NCBI GenBank assembly: GCA_963664825.1
Contig: OY761614.1
Coordinates: forward strand, 768,001 to 832,000
Reading direction: 5' to 3'
Length of the DNA: 64,000 nt
From: an uncultured Holophaga sp.
GTDB lineage: Bacteria > Acidobacteriota > Holophagae > Holophagales > Holophagaceae
Both the position numbers and the translations under genes were made by a program. Shown in pieces: positions 57,371-64,000 of this stretch. The notes under the pieces were generated by a model. It was not told the origin of the DNA, did not search any database, and saw nothing but the letters and a program-made list of their open reading frames with translations. Position 1 is the first letter of the stretch. Every line of letters starts with the position of its first letter.

Positions 57371-59609
57371 AATAATTGGGTGGAGCTGCTGGTGGTCCAC
57401 GAGCTGACCCACATCCATCACATGATGCGTCCCCAGAATCATCCCAATCTCTGGGAGAAATGCCTGGACCTCCCCATCGGCCCGGTAGCCCAGAAGGCGC
57501 CGCGCTGGGTGACGGAGGGCTACGCCACGCTCATCGAGGGCCGCATCACCGGTTCGGGCCGCCCCCACAGTGCCTACCGTGCGGCCGTGCTGCGGCAATG
57601 GGCGCTCCAGGGCAAGCTGCCGGACTATGGCGCCCTTTCCGGCATGGGCGGCTTCCGCGGCGGTTCCATGGCCTATCTGGTGGGCAGTGCCTACCTGGAA
57701 TGGCTGGAGCGCCAGAATGCCCAGGAGCCCGATATCCTGAAGAGATTCTGGAAACAGCTCGCCTCCAAGAAACGCCGGGATTTCGATCCCAGCTTCCGGG
57801 CCACCTTCGGGGTCGGTGCCCGGGACGGCTACGACCGCTGGCGGGCAGAGGTGACCCACGATGCCCTCGCCTTGGAAAGTCGGGCCAAGGGCCTGATCCG
57901 CCAGGGGGAACTCTTCGCCCGGATTCCGGGAGAGGTGACCGATCTGGCCGTGAGCCCCGATGGAACGCGGCTCCTGGCGAGGGTGTTGACGAAGTCCAAG
58001 CCGGGCATCCAGGTCTGGGATCTGGTGGTCAAAGCCGAGGAAGGGAAGGCCACTAAGAAGGCTGATAAATCCGATCCCAACGAGGTCCAGGACCGCAAAC
58101 CCGAATTCATCGCTCCCAAGGTCCTGGCGACCCTCGGCAGGCGGAATGGCGCCTTGCCGCGACATGCCTGGTGGTCCGGGAAGGACCAGATCGGCTTCGA
58201 GCTGCGCACCGCCAACACCGAAGGCGTGCTGAGGCCCCACTTCTTCGTGGCTGATCTCCAAAGCCACCGAGTCAGGGAGGGTGGCGCCCCCGGGGCGCAA
58301 CCGGATTCAGCCATCACCTGGAAGGAACTGAATGGCACCTGGGACCTAGTGAAGCGGCTGCCCGATGGCCGGGAGCAGCGCCTCACCCGCACCCTTGGCG
58401 CGGCCTGGCAGCCCGCTCCCACCCCCGATGGGAAGGCGGTCTACTACGTCCAGCTCTGCGCCACCGGTTGCGAGGTCCGCAGGCTGGATCTCTCTCTCCC
58501 TCCCCTCCCGGATGTGCCGCTGCCCGTGGATGACAAGGCCCTCGCGATCCGCACGATCCTGCCCGCTGCCGACGAGCCGAGCCTCCTTCCACCCCCAGGA
58601 AAAGCGCCGGAGCCTCAAGATTATTCGGTGTGGGATTCGCACTTCACCGGAAGCCGGGTGGGATATACGGCCCTGCCTTCGGCCAAGGGGCTGCAATACG
58701 GCTGGGGAGGCAACGATCTGCTGGGGCGCCTGAACTGGCATGTGCTGGGCGGTTTCGGCGAGGCGGCGGGGCCCCGGGGCGCCACCCTGGGCCTGGCCTA
58801 CCGAGGCTGGCGTTTCGCGCCGAGTCTGGAGGTATTCTCGAACCTGGAGAAGCCCTCGCGCCAGGCATTCGCACCGGTGTCAGGATTCGATCGGGAGCGT
58901 CGGGGAGCGGAATTGGCTTTCACTTGGCAGCAGCTCGGGGCCTGGCCTTTCACGTTCCGACCGGTACTAGCCTGGGAATCCGTGAAGGCTTGCGATGCGG
59001 GCGCGAAAGAGCTGGGGCGTGGCTTCGGGGGGGCCGAGGGGCGAGCCTCGCTGAACCGTTCCCGGGGCGAAGGATGGGGCCTTGGGATGAGCGTGCGCGC
59101 CCAGGGCGGCGCGGGCCGCACGGAGGGTCAGGCCTGGGATTTGGAGCGGGGGGACCTGAGCCTGCGCCTAGGAACCCCCGTGGGGCGCTTCGTGGCCAGG
59201 GTCTCGGAAGGCCGCGTCAATGGTAATCCCACGGCCCTGGACCGCTTCCATCTGGGAGGCCAAGGTTCCAGCCTGGTGCCCGCGAGCCTGGATTGGAACC
59301 GGGTGGAGCAGGTGGCGCTGCCGGACTACCTCCAGACCGGCGACAGGATGCGGTGTTTCCGAGGGGAATTCGGCGACGGGCTGCGCCTCTATCTGGAACA
59401 CCTGGCCGTGTGGAACCAGGGCCAGGGCCGTCCCGCCTACCAGCGCATCGTAGGCGTGGAACTGCCCATCCACGAGATGCTGCCCACGAGTCTGGCTCAG
59501 CTCCTGCTGGGTCATTTCACCTTCACCCTGGGGATCCATCGCACCCTGGATGGGGTAATGAAGGACCGCACCGTTGGAACCTTGAGCCTAGTGCTGCGAC
59601 CCTGAGGAC

Positions 59610-60812
59610 ATGCTGTTTTTCGGGTTGACCCTCCTGATCCTGGGCCTCCAGGCCCTGCATCGGCGCCTGCTGTGCAGGATCCTGCCGACGCGCTGGAGCC
59701 CCTGGATCCCGGGCGTGCTCATCGCGCTGCACCTGCCGCTGGCGGTCTACATGGCATTCCGGCTCATGGGCCTCTCCACCCATCCCCTGGCCCTGGAACT
59801 GCGCCCCCTCTCCCGGGCGGCCCTCTATTTCCAGGTCCTCACCGTCGTAAATCTGCTGGTCTGGGGCATGGCCTCGGCATTCTGGGCCTTCCGGATCTGG
59901 GTCAAGGAGGCCCCCCGCACGCTCCCGGATGATCCTTCGCGCCGTCACTTCCTCCAGGGAGGCGCCGCCGCCAGTCTGGGTGTCCTGGTCGTCACCAGTG
60001 GGGCTGGGGTTCGGGCGGCCTATGGCGACCCTGAAGTGACCCGCTTGGAGATTCCTCTCCAGGATCTGCCTCCAGGCTTCGATGGCCTGCGCATCGCGCA
60101 TCTCACGGATATGCATGCCGGGCCCCTGGTGCATGCCTCGCTGCTGCGCCGGTGGCGCGTGATGGCCGAGCGGGAGAGACCCGAACTGCTCCTCTTCACC
60201 GGGGACTTCGTGGATAGCCTGCCCCGGGAGATCGAGCCGCTGCTGGAGGCCTTCCGGGATTTCCCGGCGCCCCTGGGCCGTTTCGCCATCCTGGGTAACC
60301 ACGATTATTTCACGGATCCGCGGCCCATCTGGGCGGCGCTGGAGCGCAGCGGCATCGTCTGTCTGGAAAACCGCCATGTCATCCTTCCACGTGGCGGCGA
60401 GCGGATCGCGCTCTTCGGCCTCCAGGACCCCATGGCCCGGGATGGAAGGCTCCAGGGCATCCGGTTCGGCCCGGGGCCCATGCCCCAGGACGTAGCCCTG
60501 GCCCTGCCTCCGGAACTCTGGCGGATGGCCATGGTGCACCGCCCCAGCAACTGGAACCTGGCTCGGGAAGCCGGGGCCCAGTTCACCCTCGCGGGCCACA
60601 CCCATGGCGGCCAGATCAATCCAATCCCCGGCGTGAATAGCGCCACCCTGCTGGGCCCCTTCACCCATGGTCTGTATCGCCAGGAGGGACGGGCTCTTTA
60701 CGTGAGTCGAGGCCTCGGTGTTGTGGGCATCCCGTTGCGCATCGCCGCCCCCCCCGAACTGGCCATTCTCACCCTGCGTCGAGCCGAAAATCCCGCTTTG
60801 CGTCCCGCCTGA
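59610..60812 (+). CDS. Membrane-anchored metallophosphoesterase (YkuE/YaeI-like)
   Basis: N-terminal TMs, SRRHFL, HLTDMHAG, FTGDFVD, LGNHDY, AGHTHGGQ, YVSRGLG. Confidence 0.9.
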   Translation: MLFFGLTLLILGLQALHRRLLCRILPTRWSPWIPGVLIALHLPLAVYMAFRLMGLSTHPLALELRPLSRAALYFQVLTVVNLLVWGMASAFWAFRIWVKEAPRTLPDDPSRRHFLQGGAAASLGVLVVTSGAGVRAAYGDPEVTRLEIPLQDLPPGFDGLRIAHLTDMHAGPLVHASLLRRWRVMAERERPELLLFTGDFVDSLPREIEPLLEAFRDFPAPLGRFAILGNHDYFTDPRPIWAALERSGIVCLENRHVILPRGGERIALFGLQDPMARDGRLQGIRFGPGPMPQDVALALPPELWRMAMVHRPSNWNLAREAGAQFTLAGHTHGGQINPIPGVNSATLLGPFTHGLYRQEGRALYVSRGLGVVGIPLRIAAPPELAILTLRRAENPALRPA

Positions 60813-60843
60813 ACCAAGCTAGACTTGGGGTTCGTTCGACCGT

Positions 60844-60918
60844 GGCCCCATCGTCTAGCGGTTAGGACGCCGCCCTCTCACGGCGGTAGCATGGGTTCGA
60901 GTCCCATTGGGGCTACCA
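60844..60918 (+). tRNA. tRNA-Glu (CTC)
   Basis: ggcccca/tggggct acceptor, ccgcc-ctCTCac-ggcgg, ggttcgagtcc, CCA. Confidence 0.97.
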
Positions 60919-60921
60919 ACA

Positions 60922-60950
60922 AACACCCTAGAGGAATCTAGGGTGTTCTT
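60922..60950 (+). terminator. Terminator after tRNA-Glu(CTC)
   Basis: aacaccctaga-ggaa-tctagggtgtt-ctt. Confidence 0.75.
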
Positions 60951-61094
60951 GTATATAGGCGGCATTATTTTGGGTGAGGAGCCAAGCACCCGCCAGGGGG
61001 TCCCCTTTTCGCGTTGCACCAGACCGGGGATCACCGATCCTTGGGGCTACCCGGTATGCCGTTTATCCTCCTTTGGCGAGTCGAGGTTTCAGCC

Positions 61095-61310
61095 ATGCGG
61101 AAACCCAGAGAAAACGCTATGACACCGCGGTGTGCCTGGTGTGCCCTGATCCGGGTGGGTCAGACCTGGAAACCGGAGCGGAGAAGTGCCTTTGAGGTGA
61201 TCTACACCCATGGGATCTGTGACAGGTGCATGGCCCGCCTGCTGCGGGAAGGAAACCAACCCAGTGCCATCAAGTGGTTTACATCTGAGGGCCCCGGGTG
61301 CAATGTTTGA
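61095..61310 (+). CDS. Small putative Zn-binding protein (CAWC...THGICxxC)
   Basis: RCAWCALIR...YTHGICDRC; start may be 61095 or 61119. Confidence 0.55.
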   Translation: MRKPRENAMTPRCAWCALIRVGQTWKPERRSAFEVIYTHGICDRCMARLLREGNQPSAIKWFTSEGPGCNV

Positions 61311-61420
61311 CCGTCACCTGCTTCCATACGAGACATCGAGGGCAATCCACCGGGAGAGTCTAGCGATCGGTAAGAACCGCGCCTATCTTGGGATGGGCCG
61401 TTCCCCTGGAGCCGTCACCC

Positions 61421-61798
61421 ATGAAAGCGTCCAATCAGCGGGAATTCACCCGAGTGCCCACCCGAGTCCAGGCCGAAGTGAAGGGAGGAGGGCTCACCAT
61501 CACCGGTGTAGCCGCGGAGACCCTCAGTCTGAAGGGCATGTTCGTGAACTGCGCCGAGCAGCTGCCCGTAGGCACAGCCTGCCAGATCACCCTCTTCCTG
61601 GGGGAAGGCGATATCCAGATCCAGGCCGAAGGCCAGGTCGTCCACAGCTACCCCGAGGGCATAGCCCTCCAGTTCAGTCGGATCCTCGGCCTGGAAAGCT
61701 TCGAACACCTTCGGAAGCTGGTCCTCTACAACGCCCCGGATCCAAGCCTCGTGGAGAGCGAGTTCCTGAGTTCCACAGGCATCCACAGGAAGGCCTGA
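61421..61798 (+). CDS. PilZ-domain protein
   Basis: GGAG RBS; QREFTR (RxxxR), TLSLKGMFV ((D/N)xSxxG variant), GQVVH..GIALQF. Confidence 0.8.
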   Translation: MKASNQREFTRVPTRVQAEVKGGGLTITGVAAETLSLKGMFVNCAEQLPVGTACQITLFLGEGDIQIQAEGQVVHSYPEGIALQFSRILGLESFEHLRKLVLYNAPDPSLVESEFLSSTGIHRKA

Positions 61799-61807
61799 GG
61801 GCTTTTC

Positions 61808-61904
61808 ACCGCGAAGAGCACTAAGGAAGCGAAGGGACGCGAATGGGAATCCCTTGGCTGTTTTCATTGCTTCGCGCTCTTAGCCCCTTCGCGGCCTTCG
61901 CGTT
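61808..61904. repeat. Inverted tandem-repeat element (CGCGAAG units)
   Basis: Left ac-cgcgaagag-cactaagga-agcgaaggga-cgcgaatgg; right arm reverse complement aa-cgcgaaggc-cgcgaagg-ggctaagag-cgcgaag. Confidence 0.75.
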
Positions 61905-62271
61905 CTATCCTTTCCTGATGTCGAGAACCCGCTCACTCCGGTGATTTCACCGATCAGGTTGAAAATAGTTAGTAAATCGGGTTCGCGGAACCAGAGCGTC
62001 CGCATGGGTCGGCGCGATCACGCGCAACCCGATTTACGGTCTTGGACAAGCCCGGAGCGGCAGGGGGCGGCGCGACCGGACTATGGGCAAATCGAACTTG
62101 GCCGGTCGCCTTGGAGGGACCTGATCGGCTGACCGTGGGTGGGCATGCTCACTGATGTCCTTGTTGAAACCGGGCCGGAGTCCGCGCCAGTCATTCCGAG
62201 GCAGGCCCCTGGCCACCGATCGAACCTCGACAGGTCAGGGCAGGACTGACTGGGCGTTGTGGGGAAGATAA

Positions 62272-63429
62272 TCATGGCGCGGGTGGCGGCGGTGCGCGGG
62301 AGGTGGGTGCCAGGGGGATCCGCCGAAGCTCGCCTCCGCATGCCGGACAGGTGCGGGCGATCCGCTCCCATTGCTCGAGCTTGGCCCTGGCCCTCTTGGG
62401 CCGACGATAGCTGCCAGCGAAGGCCTTGGCCCGCTCCAGCAGGCCACCTGGACGGACCGACCCGTACAAACCCGCGTGACGGATCTTATGGAAGCCCGGG
62501 GGGAGGACGTGCTGAATCAGTCGACGCAGGAATTCCACGGGGTGGATGGTGGCGGTCCGGCCGTGCTTGGTTCCGAACGTGACTTGCTCGCGGGTGGAGG
62601 CCTGGATGCGGGAGTTGGAGATGCCGACCCGGTGCGTATATCTTCCGAGGTATTCAACGACGTAGGCCGAGCGCCGGAATGGCTTCTTGGCGTAGACGAT
62701 CCAACTCTTCTTCGACAGCGGGGCCATGAGGGCGCCGTAGGCGCCATCCGTGAAGGCAGGGAAGGCGCCCCGAGCACGAAGGAGCCCAAGTTCATGGAGC
62801 ATCTTGGCCCGGAATACGACGCCCATCACGTCCAGCGGGAAAAGGTAGTCCTGCCGGGTATGTGTGAAACCGCTACCGTCCAGCGCCAGCCCCCCGGCCG
62901 TGACCAGCACATGCAGGTGGACATGGAACCCCAGTTCTCGGGTCCCCCCGACAACGCATGCGTTGTCGGAGATCTATGGTCACGTGTGCAGCACCATCGT
63001 CAGACCCAGGGTGGCCTTCAGGCGGGTGCGCCCCAATTCCAGGAGGGTGGCGGCCACGGCCCGAAAGAACGCTCCGTAGACCTCGACGGGGTGCCACGAG
63101 GCCAGGGGGCGCAGTTCCGAGGGGAGCGTGAACACGCCGTGGAAGTGGCCGAGGTCCAGGAGTCGTTCGGCACGGGCCGCGATCCAGCGTTCCTGGGCCA
63201 GGGCCTGACACTTCATGCAGTGCCGGTTTCGGCAGGAATTGTAGGCATTCCGCCGGAAGTCCCCATGCTCACAGACCTCCTCATGGCCACCGAGCTTGGC
63301 GGTGCGACATAGGCCGATGGCGGTGAGCATGCGCCGCTGCTCGCGACTCGGACAGGCCTGGGCCTCCAGTGCGGGGCGATGCTCACGAACAATGTCGGCA
63401 ATGTCGAACTTGGGCCTGGCGTAGGCCAC
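62272..63429 (-). pseudogene. IS91-like Y2 (HUH) transposase with Zn-binding N-domain, broken by a 36-bp insertion
   Basis: CRT..LGGH..C..NSCRNRHCMKCQ, HGVFTLP, VLHT(W), FHVHLH (HUH), YLGRY, EFLRRLIQHVLPPGFHKIRHAG; both ORF pieces share a frame, with TGA created at 62980-62982. Confidence 0.9.
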
Positions 63430-63433
63430 GGCC

Positions 63434-64000
63434 TCAATCCGGCAGATCCTCCAGCGGACTGCGCACGGCCGCGATCTGGCTGGGAGCGACCTGGGTATAG
63501 ATCTGCGTGGACTTGATGCTGCCGTGGCCGAGCACTACCTGGATCTTGCGCAGGTCGGTGCCCGCCTCCAGCAGGTGGGTGGCAAAGGCGTGCCGGAGCA
63601 GATGCGGGTTCACGATCTTGCCGATGCCCGAGGCCGCCGAGGCGCACAGCAGGGCCCTCCGGGCGGTTTCCAGGCAGATGGGTTTGCCCGCCATGGACGT
63701 GAACAGCCAGGGCTTCGCCGGCTGCGCGTGCTTGTAGTAAGCCCGAAGCAGGCCGTAGAGCTTGGTGTCCATGGGCACCATCCGGTCCTTCCCGCCCTTG
63801 CCGTTGCGGACGTGGATCACCTTTTGCATGACGTCGATGTCCCGGGTCTCGAGCAGGCTGGCCTCCCGGATGCGCAAGCCCGTGGCGTAGATCAGGGTAA
63901 AGAACATGCGGTACTTGGCACTGGTAAAGCCGTCCAGGAGGCGGGCGATCTCTGCCTTGACCAGGATCGAGGGCAACGGCGCCTTGGCATGGGGGAGGGT
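63434..64000 (-). CDS. Tyrosine recombinase/integrase (5' end beyond window)
   Basis: YATGLRIRE, GKGGKDR, HLLRHAFATHLLEAG, LGHGSIKSTQIY; frame open to base 64000. Confidence 0.93.
   Translation of the reverse strand, partial: TLPHAKAPLPSILVKAEIARLLDGFTSAKYRMFFTLIYATGLRIREASLLETRDIDVMQKVIHVRNGKGGKDRMVPMDTKLYGLLRAYYKHAQPAKPWLFTSMAGKPICLETARRALLCASAASGIGKIVNPHLLRHAFATHLLEAGTDLRKIQVVLGHGSIKSTQIYTQVAPSQIAAVRSPLEDLPD

Larger units (their letters stand above)
55670..59605 (+). pseudogene. Secreted HExxH metallopeptidase-like + beta-propeller + beta-barrel protein, interrupted by ISL3
   Basis: Removing the IS and one target copy joins 55670-56040 to 57379-59605 in frame (~865 aa): ..HFNNWVELLVVHELTH..WVTEGYAT; SPDG and PTPDG propeller repeats; Gly/aromatic-rich C-terminal strands. 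Confidence 0.8.
61972..64000 (-). mobile_element. Tyrosine recombinase + IS91-like transposase element (continues beyond window)
   Basis: Two adjacent genes 4 bp apart; downstream oriIS-like motif at 62081-62097 and terminal inverted repeat 61972-62037. Left boundary approximate. Confidence 0.65.

Noticed and set aside
51523..60918. G1-U72 wobble in both tRNA-Glu acceptor stems
   Set aside because: Shared by both isoacceptors, so probably a lineage trait rather than a defect or novelty.
19615..61904. Short repeat arrays as CRISPR
   Set aside because: Units are 8-10 bp, tandem and inverted, with no unique spacers and no cas genes.
61959..61970. TTGAAAATAGTT, identical to the first 12 bp of the Fur-like box at 40324
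   Set aside because: The second half-site is missing and no regulated gene is adjacent; possibly truncated by the neighbouring element but unsupported.
62945..62982. In-frame TGA followed 10 nt later by a hairpin, suggesting selenocysteine recoding
   Set aside because: The position is a conserved Trp, not Cys; the hairpin is a perfect palindrome without bacterial SECIS bulge/loop features; a 36-bp insertion explains it fully.

Overview
GC-rich bacterial chromosomal window; gene content and style suggest Acidobacteriota, possibly Holophagales (inference only). Most of it is backbone: carB (5'-truncated), rpsA, a cold-shock gene, sppA, xseA, PLD-type pssA, fabG, a fused E1 alpha/beta 2-oxoacid dehydrogenase, a NifU-like protein, suhB, a beta-carbonic anhydrase, a MacAB-like exporter, and a TonB receptor-ZIP-ferritin metal locus with two Fur-family boxes. 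Peptidases are abundant (M1, C69, S41, three tandem S46). There are four tRNAs: Lys-TTT, Glu-TTC, Arg-CCG and Glu-CTC. Accessory highlights: (1) a lower-GC islet between convergent tRNA-Glu and tRNA-Arg with a translationally coupled HEPN-like / KGGVGR ParA-like / STAND-like ATPase triad, a candidate undescribed defence system; (2) a frameshifted GxxExxY nuclease gene bracketed by inverted arrays of ~9-bp tandem repeats, plus three gene-less elements of the same design elsewhere, a candidate mobile-element family; (3) an ISL3 with an 8-bp target duplication splitting a secreted HExxH/propeller/barrel gene; (4) a tyrosine recombinase + IS91-like Y2 transposase element with an attC-like terminal hairpin, whose transposase is broken by a 36-bp palindromic insertion. 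All family calls come from motif recognition by eye; no database searches were run.
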